Assembly (NCBI GenBank): GCA_020536535.1
Contig: JAHLWZ010000239.1
Location: 1 to 58,874, forward strand
DNA: 58,874 nucleotides
Source of the DNA: Pelomyxa schiedti
Taxonomy: Eukaryota > Protista > Evosea
Reading direction: 5' to 3'
Positions within the stretch are counted from its first letter, which is position 1, and every line of letters begins with the position of its first letter. Below are positions 12,102 to 23,200 of the stretch, piece after piece. The position numbers were made by a program, and so were the translations under genes. Below the pieces are notes generated by a model. The model saw nothing but the letters and a program-made list of their open reading frames with translations. It made no database searches and was not told the DNA's origin.

Positions 12102-14421
12102 TCACATGTCAAAGTACTGTATTTTCGAGGAGCACATTCCCCCGTCGGGATTTATGCACTCTATCAAATGCACCCCGGGGTTGTACATCGCAGGTGCAGT
12201 TGTTGTGATTGTGGTGAGGTTGGGTGAGATTGTTGATGGCACGTCCACGCCACCCACGCGGACTTTGACGTTGGCGTCGAACCGGAGTCCCACAATTTTA
12301 ACTTGGGCACCAGCCAGAGGGCAAATTGCAGGCGTGATGATGGCTGTGTGGAGGGAAACAGTGGGCGTTAGTTCCTTGATTTACAGTTGTTGGATTGTTG
12401 TTTTTTTTTTTTTTTGCATTGTGGGTTTTATGATGTTTCATATTTTTTTTCGGAATAGCGAGTTGTATGTTGCTTTTTGTGTTTCTTATTTTGTATTTTG
12501 TGAGGAGAGAAATTACATATTTCTGGTGGCCTGGAGGTAGCTGTCACTGGTATGCTGAGGTACTGTAGTATGTCACGTAGTTCTGCCTTGGATCCATCTG
12601 GGTTCTTTACAGTAACCACCTTGGGGCCAAGCGGCAGAGGTGGACTGTCGAATGACAGCTTGGTGAGTGGCTCCACAACGGTAAATGGAACCACTGCTGA
12701 ATCGATTGTGAGGGTGAGGTTTGGGTGCAGGTTGCTTCCAGTGAGTGTCATGTGCATTCCACCTTCGGGTGGTGACAATACCGGTACAAGTTGTTGAATT
12801 GTGGGTTTGCCTGTGGGCATTGGTGTTGGGGGTGGAGGTGGCGTGTGGCTGGGTGTGACTCTGTGTATTTGCTGCAGTAGGTGCCTTTTTGAGGTATTGC
12901 CCAGTGAAGATAGAGTTGAAGCGACTGCGGCAACCGGGTTGGATTCGGATGCGGAAGTCATTGCTGGGCCCATTTTGGCGTATGTAAGCACACCAGCAAG
13001 GGTTCCTTGTGTTCCATCTTGATTACGAACAGTCACATCAACAGTCCCCTCTTTAGTCTCAGGGGGAACAGTAACATGAATTTCTTGTGCCGAGGTCATT
13101 GTATGCTCACACCTTATTAGTGGGTGAGGTGAATTGGTAAAGTGAGCGGAACTAACTTTTTTCCAGCTATTAGGACTTCAGCATCAGGTTTGAAATTTGT
13201 TCCAGATATTGTTACAGTTGCCCCCTCCAGAGGGACAAAAACCGGATTCAATGACTTTATAAAGACTTGAGATGAAGTGGTGGTGGTTGCCACTGCTATG
13301 GGAGAGCCAGGTCGTGCAGCTATGTATGGTGTAGATGCGGCTTCTTGAATATTCTGGGAGGTATCAGAAAATAGCCTAAAGAATGAATACACATACTTTT
13401 TCGAGCTGAGAAATACGGGGATATATCGCCTGGAGTTGAAGTGCGATAGTTGTGCGTATTGCATTTTGTAATTTTTGATTATATGGTTTCTTGAATTTGA
13501 AAGCTGATAATTCACGGACCCCCTTGTGAAGTGAGCCATACAGTTGCATAACTCCGAGTGCAAAGTCTTGGGCTTCCTGAAGCAATTTATTGGCTCAAAA
13601 CATCTTCAGGAGTAGTCACATCACCTGTAAAGAAAGTGGTCCATCAATCTGTTTGGTAAGAGCAGCAAGTTTGTCTGTTCTTCTTTGTAGGAGTTCCCAA
13701 GAGTAGATAATATTGTCGTACAACTGAACAAAAGGCTGCTTGGGAGCAGACTCGATCTTTGAGACCAACTTTTTTTGTCTTCTGTTCGATACTACAGCCT
13801 TATGACAAGGCGGGCATATAACAACATCCCCTTAAAGAACATGACTTGTTGAATTAGATAAAAGCAGTAATACCAGGAGTTACTTTGGGGTTCGTTACAT
13901 TCAACCGCACTCTTATGCAACAACAATCAGGGCACATTACAGTCTTGCAGTTAGGGCATTGCACTCTCTTCACAAAAAATCCCTTGAGAGGATTTTTGCT
14001 ATTTTAGTTTTTGAGATGAAGTTAGTGAGTAGAAATGTGAGAGTGAGGTTAAAATGATTTGTGATGTGATTTGTTTTGGCAGTGTGTAATTGACTAATTG
14101 GTGGTTGGTTGGTTTACTTGCACACAGGACACAAGTTCAATTGCGCGACGTTGACCAAGTCAGCGGATTTGAAAGTGCTTCTACTTTCAGGTGGCAGATT
14201 CAGCTCGAATGAAAGCTATTCAAACAAGCCAACAAAACAAGAGACTTTGAGCGAACAAACAAACCCAACACAGTGCGCAACAGTAAAAAAAGCGAATTAA
14301 CAGATAGTACCATGTCGAACATGTTGGCAAGTCTGGCGGTTTCCTTGTCACGCAACGGCTTGACAGCCTTACGTTCGTGCACGAACGTAAGAGTGAGATC
14401 CCGGCTGTTGGCGCGATTCAT
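12102..14421 (-). CDS. Rabenosyn-5/Vac1-like FYVE-type zinc finger protein with three C-terminal IPT/TIG domains
   Basis: Spliced: MNRANSRDLTLTFVHERKAVK...LCPVC...GFFVKRVQCPNCKTVMCPDC...VICPPC...PFVQLYDNI. Three repeats of the I..l.P...P..G...vTl.G.Nf...v.vtvp...G...VtV.NpDG pattern follow. Confidence 0.72.
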
Positions 14422-14572
14422 CCCACGAACTACACCCACGGGGCTTTCCCCGATCAAAAGGACAAAAGAAACAAAAAAAGGAAAGACTTTTCTCTTGATC
14501 ATTTTCTCAGGAAACTGCGTCCGAAAGCGAAATTTCTTGCTGGGCATCGACACACCACAATACACTGTTTCG

Positions 14573-16056
14573 ATGGGTAAGCAGCAACACCACACGCATG
14601 TTCGTAGACCCAGAGAGAAGCTACCACCTCAACATCAACAGCAACGACGAGGAAATTGTGGGTCCTGGTTGCTAGTTGCAGCCGTAACGGTCATTGTTGC
14701 TTTTGGAGTAGCGTGGATCGTGCGGCGTCACAGAGATTTCGAAGAAGCCCGAAGGGCACAACAGATAGAGTTGGAAGAAGCACAAAAAGATGCTCTGCGG
14801 ATCGTTGACTCCAAATTGCAATTGCTCCATGACAGTTTGTTGCGGCAGGTAATTGTTTTGCCAATTATGTTACACCCTTAACTTGGGTTTTCTTTCCCCA
14901 CAGTATTCGGAGGACGTCGTTCGCAAGTTTGAAGAGAACGAGCGATGGAGGGCCGCAGAATTCGTTCGTTTGTACCGCAAAGCAACTGATGAAGATTTGG
15001 CGAGTGGGGGAATTTGGGAGGATTACCAGCTTCCCTTTGATACTTACAGTACTTGAAATTTCCCCCTGTTTCTCCTACTGACTTATAACAAAAAAGAGAG
15101 AAGCTGTTTGGGGCAACACAACCGTGCTTCACAGGAAAATATAAGCAGCTTTGTGTTAGGGCTAAAAGAGTGGAACCACTTGACTTCCACTGCACGAGAA
15201 AAGGCGTTTGAATTGATCCTTGTAAATATGACCCATCACTCCAACGCTATTGAGGGTAGGGCATTGGTCTCTTTTCATTTCAAAGATAATGTAACCACTT
15301 GTTTAGGAAACAAACTTTCACTCAGTGACACTATGCGAGTTATTTCTGGTCTACAACCACTGGAGCATGGTGAGCTCTTTTACCTGGTTGTGGCTTTCAT
15401 ATTTCAAATAAACAGTTGACGAAAAGGATGTGGTTGAAACAACAAACCACGTTGAGGTTGTCAAGTGGCTTCTTGGTTGTGAGGACAAGCAAATTACAGC
15501 ATCTCTCGTTCAGGATATTCATTACATTCTGTTACGTGGTCTGAATTTATACAATGGTTTGGTTCACAAGCTAAATTGTAGAAGACACTCATGACTTCAA
15601 AGGTGAATACCGGCCCCACCCAGTTGGAGTTGGTACAGCTCAAGTGCTGTTCTGAATAAAGCAGTTCAAACGGTGAACGCCTTGATCTCTGCAACCCTCA
15701 GCAAAGCGGGGAAGCTTAGTGAGTCTCAGTATGTGGAAGAGGCTCTTTCTGCAGCATGCCATGCACACTACCTATTGGTATATTACCCTCCAACTAACCT
15801 TTCATTCACCAAATTTCGCCAGGTGCACATCCACCCGTTCGCTGATGGAAACGGCCGCATTGCCCGTGTGGTTGACAACCTGCTTCTTCGTATTTTTGGG
15901 TTCCCACCTGTGGCCATATTCCCCATTGAAAACCGCATTGGTTACATCAGTGCTATGAACAGTGCCATGGAGACACACTACCACGCTCCCTTGTGCCGGC
16001 TTCATGCAGAGGTGGCTTGCACAACCCTCCATTCTTTGTTAAGCCAAATACAATAA
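14573..16056 (+). CDS. Fic/Doc-domain AMPylase with N-terminal transmembrane helix (FICD/HYPE-like, class II)
   Basis: Fic motif HPFADGNGRIAR; inhibitory motif SNAIEG|N; hydrophobic segment WLLVAAVTVIVAFGVAWIV followed by a coiled coil. Confidence 0.9.
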
Positions 16057-16304
16057 CACTAAGTGCATGAACACAACTGGATTTTTCAGATAGTTGGGGT
16101 GAGGGGAAGAAGTCCTTGTGGGATAGAATGATGATTCCAGAATCCACCCACACTGGCGAGACACGATTCAGTAGTACAACTGGTGCGCACATGACTCGCT
16201 TCAGGAACGATCTTTTCGGTTACAGAAAACTCTTCCCATCACCATCATAGCACCCCGTTTAAGGAAAACGGTTTAACTGACGTTTGTTGACAACACGGAG
16301 TACG

Positions 16305-19300
16305 ATGTCGTTTTCCTTCAAGATCGTTTTTGATGGGGCCGCTGGCGTGGGTAAGGCATGGAAAGAATGATCTTTTGTTTTCACTCCACAAAACTCTCTT
16401 TCCACCCCATAATAACGGCTTTTCGTGTGTTGAATAGTCGTGTTTGCAACACTATTTTGTCTTTGGAGAACCTTTGGTTGACCCACAAGCTAGAGTCGGG
16501 GCTTGCTTTCAAGTCAAAAAGGCCATGACTCCAATGGGTATTAATCACTCTATCTGTGAAATATGGAGAGTTACTTTTCTTTGTGTCTTGGCAGTTTTTA
16601 TTTATCGTGTGCTTGGGTTTGGGTTTTTTCTTGTTTGTTCATTTCCTTGTAGGTGAATTCAAGTTTGAGATATGGGGTAGGTATCAACCTTTTCCCCTTT
16701 ATCTGCTCATATCCAACCAGATATCCAGTCAAGGGACCGCACTTGGAGACCTCCTTCTCCAATGATGTATCGACGAGCCGCGATTATAGTTCAGATTTTC
16801 GCACTAAATGATCCTGAGACTCTGGAACGTAGTGCTGAGGTAACATCTCTCCCACAGATTTCTGAGAGTGTAGTTTTACCTATTTACCAACTTTAGATCT
16901 TCTCTGAGTCGTATGGACGGTGTGACATTTGGTCTCAAACTATTTTGGTAGGGACAAAGCTTGATCTTATTGAAAAAAACGGTCCAACTCCCAAGGACAA
17001 ACGTGTTCCATATGACAAAGCCGTGCAAGTACTATTTTTTTGTTGTTCCAGCAAACTACTTTAGTTTACTACAGTCAGATGGCTAAAAATATGGGAGCAA
17101 TTGGTTATGTTGAACTAAGCAGCACCACTGGGAAGAATCACGAATGTTTGTTCAATCTTATCGTGGAGGCTGCAAGTATTATTCTTCCGGATCTACCTGC
17201 ATCCTCCCGCGCACCACCTGCTGCACCCACTCCACCCCCAAAGCCAGGTTTCTCTATTATATGTCTGATTTTGCACCAACCGTGCTGTAAATTTGGCAGG
17301 CTTCTTCGCATCTCTTTTCTCCTGGGCTTCTTCTCCAAAACCAATTCCAGAGGCGACCCCTCCTTCAAATACAAGTAGTGTGACGACAATTAGCACTATT
17401 CCCAGTACAAGCTTAGTCACACCGATTACTATCAAACCTATAATTAAGAGTCCATCCTGGCAAGTGTTATTGGGGCAGGAGTCTGGACCAGCAGCACATC
17501 CAAGGTCTCAAACATAAACATGCCATGCCTCTAACTAAATTACTTTTCTTTACATCTAGCCATGGGCATGTTTCCGCAGAGTTCAGAGGCAGTCTATACA
17601 TTTTTGGGGGAGCAGGGGACACTGATTTTTGTGAAACAATGAGATTTGATCTTAAATCAAAAAAATGGCTATCACCACTGCCGTCTCCCACTATTGGGAA
17701 ATTTGCAGCAATGGCGAAGGATATGTCTCATATATACCTGTTTGGTGGCGATATCGGCGGAATTCCAACCAACAATCTCTTCCACTTCAATTTTGAGACA
17801 CGGAAATGGGAAAAACTCTACCCAACAGATGAGAGTCCTGATGCAAACGCCCCAAGCCCCCGCTATGGAGCCTCAATTATCAAGTACTCTTTCTGCATTA
17901 TTTTTGATCTAATCTTTACTTCTAGGTATTGTGACACCTTAATAATTTTTGGAGGCAGTTCTGGCGATGCCTATTTTATGGATGTTAAGCGTTAGTTACC
18001 TTTTTGTAGTTGGCACCAGCTCACTCTAGGTCAGGGTTTAATCTAAATACCAAAAAATGGGAACCTGTTCTCTTAGCAGAAGGCTCGCCTGTCCCTCCTC
18101 CTCGTTGTCACCATACAGCATTTAGAATAAGGTGACTTAACTGCTATCGCTGAATACACTAACCTTTAGGGAGTAATCAAGAGGCCATTTTCTATGTATT
18201 TGGGGGTTTGTCTGAAGCCAGAGTGAAGCTTTCTGACCTGTGGGAGTTGTGCCCCACATCTCCCCCGATATGGAGGCAACACACTATGACAGGGGATATC
18301 CCTACCCCTCAACGTGGGCATGTGGGCTGCGTTATTGACAATTCTCTTCTCATGTTTGGTTCCTCCAATGACAATCCACATTGTGAAATATCACAGTAAG
18401 TCTAAGTGGCCACTCTCTTCTTGAAAAACTCCTTTATTTTCAAGGCTTAATTTCGATTCCCGAAATTGGACCAGAATATCTCCAACTGGTCAAACACCAA
18501 GTGCAAGAGAGGTTTGATCACCATTTATTATACCAGTGACATACTAACACTCCTAGTTTCATTCTGTAGCTTCTTCCTGTGACAACCAAGTTATTGTCTT
18601 CGGTGGTTTGTTACGACAAGTTACTTCGGATCTTCTTGGAGATGCCTTCGTATTGAACATTCCTACAATGCAGTCACTCTCCCTTCTGGCCTTACCGTTG
18701 TCTCCATACTGCTGGATGCATATTTGCTCATTTTTGCCACCAGAATCGATTGCTTTCTTGGGCATGGTATCTGTTTCATGTGTTCTAGCACTCCCTTTCT
18801 CACAAAAGAAAATAAATATTAGTGCTGCAAAGGGTTGTATATATTATGCAATGATAACGAGGTATGGCGGCCACTGTTACCACCCGAAGAACAAATAGGG
18901 ACCAATCTAAAGCAAAAATGTTTGCGTGTCCCTCCAACCTCTCTTACAATGCAAAAGATGTTGAGTACCATGCCCGAAAACCTCTGTGGCGGAACCCTCA
19001 GCCGAAAGTTGTAGATGAAGAATTTCCTAAATCCCACATTAGGTACTATTCCAGCCCGGGGTGTTTTCTCGGTGATGGGATTGTCCATTTGGCAAACTGC
19101 ACAACCAAGTGAGCCTCACTACCTGCTTTTATTTGCTGTTTTGTAATTCTATCTGTTTCTTGGTTGGCAACTAACCTCTTCTTATCTGAAGGTATGTGTC
19201 TGATATAGTGCCAGGGGACTTTGTACTCACAGAATCATTGAATGCAAGAGAAGTAGCAAGAGTTCTCACAAGGGATGTCAACAAGGACTATAATTTGGTC

Positions 19301-19677
19301 TTTCTAAATGGCCTGGGGCTCACAACCGGACATCCAGTGCTTGTTAATGGCAAGTGGATGCACCCAAAGGATATCACGTCACCAACTAGGCTGTTTGTAA
19401 CGAAACTGTACGATTTTGAACTTGTTGGGGGCACAAAGGTACAGACTCAAATTCTAGGTTTCGCAAAACTAATTAAAACTAACAAAGGTGCAAGACCACA
19501 GTGTGATTATCAATGGATTGGTTGTATGCACCTTGGGCAAAGACTGTGGAATGGAACTGAATGAAAGATTCCCTGATTTGAACAACAAGTTCCTGGCTTT
19601 CTTTCCTTTTAATGCTGATTTTGTTACAAAGGTATGGCACTGGGTATTGGAATACTTTTAAGTACATGAAGGCGTAG
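16305..19677 (+). CDS. Multidomain protein: Ras/Rho-like GTPase + Kelch repeats + F-box + Vint-like Hint domain
   Basis: KIVFDGAAGVGK|S, FEIW|D, LVGTKLDL, YVELSS; about five Kelch blades (LYIFGG, IYLFGG, LIIFGG, FYVFGG, VIVFGG); F-box LLALPLSPYCWMHICSFLPPESIAFLGM|CCKGLYILCNDNEVW; Hint GCFLGDGIVHLANCTTK|YVSDIVPGDFV...LTTGHPV...LYDFEL...HSVIINGLVVCTLG. All exons join in frame. Confidence 0.82.
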
Positions 19678-20286
19678 AGAGCCTCAGCACCCTAAAACAA
19701 TTCCAAAATAATGGAGTGATGGCCCATGATTCTTTTCTTGTCGATGGTTCCAAGCGGAGTTACGAGGGCGTTGTTTTGCATTCCGCTCTAACGAATAGAA
19801 TTAGATCGAGAGGCAAGTTATTTTCGAAGTTCCGAGAACCACCAATTAAAAGCGCGCGACTTTTCTCGCGCGGTGGTGCGGTGTTTCGTGGTGATCAACT
19901 TGTGGATTCCGGCGCATTAGCTTCGCGGCCATCTAAAGTTCTATTTCTATCCGTACCACTAACAGCATCCACGCTTCCCTTTTGTGTAGCGCTTTTTGGC
20001 AAGAAAAAGTATTCCTTTCATGAAGGTGGATACACAGCCGTGTCTCTGGCTATCTTCTTAGAGTCATTCCAAGCACAAGTTAAACAGACACGGTTGTGGA
20101 ACCACCACCAAGTGAACGAGGCACCTCAACGCTGCTTTCTGCCCATTGAACCTGCCTGTAACTAAATTGTGGGGCACAGTTTCCTTTCCCCTGCTGTACG
20201 TGCCTTGTTTAGTTGTAGGTAGGTACTGTTTGTTTATAAACATATTGTTTGTTTGTGTAGGGGTTTATGTTTGGTTGTGGGTGGTG

Positions 20287-23200
20287 CTACACATCGTCCT
20301 GAACTTCCTCGGGCACAACAAGATCTGCTTCCTCAGGTTCCCCTTCGCCATTGTTCTGTGGGTTATCTTGTATCTCTTCTTCAACATCACCAGTGTTGTT
20401 GGAAAAGCCTTGGGGTGGAGTGTGTCCAAGTGCCGCGTAAACTTGCTTCTGTTTTTACATTAGAAAGGGTGCTCAATTGGCAGGGTCTGAGAATTAGGGA
20501 TTGAATAGAGAGGGGTTCACTCACAACTAGTGCTGGGTCGACAAAGGATTCGACTGGGATGTTCCGCTTCCGCATCTGTTCAAAGTAATTGAAAGCTTGC
20601 TGAAAGTCGCCGGCTCGTGCGAGTTGCTGAATAAGAGTTGAATAAACATCCCCGGTTTGAAGAATGTTCTACCAAACGAGTTAGTGGAATGCAGAAGGAA
20701 TTGGTGTTTTGTCATTTAATTGAATTACCTCCACTTGTTGTGAGGGCAACTCCAGAATTTGCTTGAGCAAGGCCATGCTTTGAGCAGAATTATCTGCGCT
20801 ATCAGCCTCGGCAAGGCTTCGTGCTCTGAGAAATTGATCCAGAATATTCAGCTGTTGTTGGAGCTCTTGGTGCAGTGTAACTTTGTCAGGTGATGATGAC
20901 TTAGAAAGACAGCTTTGAGCCTCGATGAGTGCTTTTCTTGCCTAATTGTCCATATTACTAACAATGATAGTTCAGTTCTTCCCGTCATACTTTGGAATAG
21001 TCGCTCCAGTCATCAATTTCTGACCTTGCACAGGACTGGAAATATCTTGCTAATGATTCCCATGCTTGCGCCTGGTTTTGTGTTTTGTTCCATTTTTTTT
21101 GAACTCAGGAGTGACATACTTTTCGGTAGAACTGAATGATATTCTTTACAATCTTCGGCTCGTTTCTCTGTGGAAGAGTCTGCAGATAATTGGCAGCAAG
21201 CACATAAACAAGTGGCTTCTGAGATATAGCTGCGTTTTGGAGAAGGAGAATGAGTGGTATGTTTAGTCCGTGTCTTGCCACACACAAGCATAAAGAATGA
21301 TTTTATCAATATCTCCAGATTTAATAAGTACTTTGATTGCCTTTTTGAGATCTCCAGCCTTAATAAATCACTGAGAAATGGCACAGCGGGTTTTTTTACT
21401 CAACCTGGCTGTACTTTCTGCAAGCGAGATGATATGCGCGCTGTTGCTCAAAACAGGAAGCTATATCACGCAACACTGCAACTTTCTTTTCAGGTTTCTC
21501 TGCCGCCGGAGGTGTCATGCGCTCTCCTTGCTCCTCTGTTAGTGAAACGTGATACTTTTTACAAATTCGGAGTGCCTGAATGTGAAATTAATTCTCAAAG
21601 GGTGGTTAACTCCAAAAAGACTGGTTTACCTCAGAGACTTGACCTGCTGCACAGAATAGCTGAACTGCTTTTGCATACTGCTCTTTCTCTAAAAATAGTT
21701 GTGCACACTTTAAAGCTATTGATGGATCCGCCTGTTCACCCAGTGAGTCAGCTGTACTTTGTATAACATATAGTTAGTCATCTTGAAGTACAAAGGCGCC
21801 TGTACGAACCAATTTCTGCCAGCGGTTCAAATAACTGACACTGGAAGCACAAGGTGATTGCTTTGCTAAGATTTCCTCCTTTGTGGTACAGAAGAACAGC
21901 CTATCAAGAACACAATCAGATTTGGTGATGAGCCAGTAAAAGGATAAGCTGACTTTGTCAATAGCGCCCTTTGATTCCAAGTGCTGTGCTGCAGCTATCT
22001 TTTGAGATGAGGTGCCTTGCAGTGCAATGCTAAAAACGTCAGCATCAAGATCTTGATCAATAGCAAGTCGAAGTGCATGATTGACATTTTTGGACTGGAT
22101 GAAGAAGTGGAGAGCTTCTCGTATCTGGCACGGTTAAATGAAAGAATGCACCCTCCAAGTTTACCGATTCTTCAGATTCAGTGTCACTTTCGTAGTGGCA
22201 TGCCAGGACATAGGCCGCAGCAAGGTCACCACTTTCCTCTACAATTTGCTTGGCCTATTCCGAGTCAAATAAATACTCAGATTAAGAATGGCTATGAGAA
22301 AACCTGAGAAAGTTTGTTTTGCAAACAGTAAATTCGCACAATATATTCATAATCCTTCGCCTTCTCATAGTACATGAGGGCCTCATCAAGTTCACCATTA
22401 CTTTCTGCAAATCGGGCTTTCCAAACATGGAGTTTCTTTTAAGAAAAAAAAAAAAAATTAGAACACTTCAATGTGTCCTCGCAGCAACCAGGTCTTTTGT
22501 GTTATCAATATAAGCATTGAGAGCTGGAATGTGACCAGCTTCATGAAGCATTCGAGGTATTTCAAATCTTTTTATTTTTTCTTCAATTTCTTCAAAAGGA
22601 AAATTAAAATACCTATGGGTCTCTGATTTCTCATATTCTTCCATTGCACGGTCATATTGTCCCATCGATTCTAGGAATTTGGCATAGGCATAGTGCGTAC
22701 TTTTTAAATGTATCCTATCATGACTTTCAGCAATGGATATGGCTCGATCCCACATCCCACAAGCCTGAATTAGAGTTAGTTGTATGCTTTAGTTAAGGGC
22801 TTGGTGACCTGAAGCAACTTATTTAATAAATCGTAGTGCCCACCTTTGGTATATAGTTGAATTGCATCTTCAATCATTCCTTTGCAAATGTTATGAAAAG
22901 GCTTGGATTTCAATCTGTAATACCAAGCTGTATAGCGACAGCGGCGAGCTGAGCTTCCTGGGGTAAGTCTCTTGATTCACGCAGTGTACTAGCAGCTCTG
23001 GCATGTGCCATATTTCCTATGCACACAGATAATGTATCTATCATATCCACACGTTTGGTTTTGATAATCATCTGAACAGTGTAAAGGGAAGTTTTTTCTG
23101 ATGGGGAGGGACCTGAGCCATGTTTGCCCAAACTTTTGGATTCTGTACAACCTTCACAGCCTATAAAAATATTAATTAATCCAAACAAAAACGTATTTAG

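Noticed and set aside
19062-19545. Mobile self-splicing intein
   Set aside because: No terminal Asn/Gln plus nucleophile, no endonuclease, and it is not inserted in a conserved host domain; it fits a Vint/Hog-type Hint
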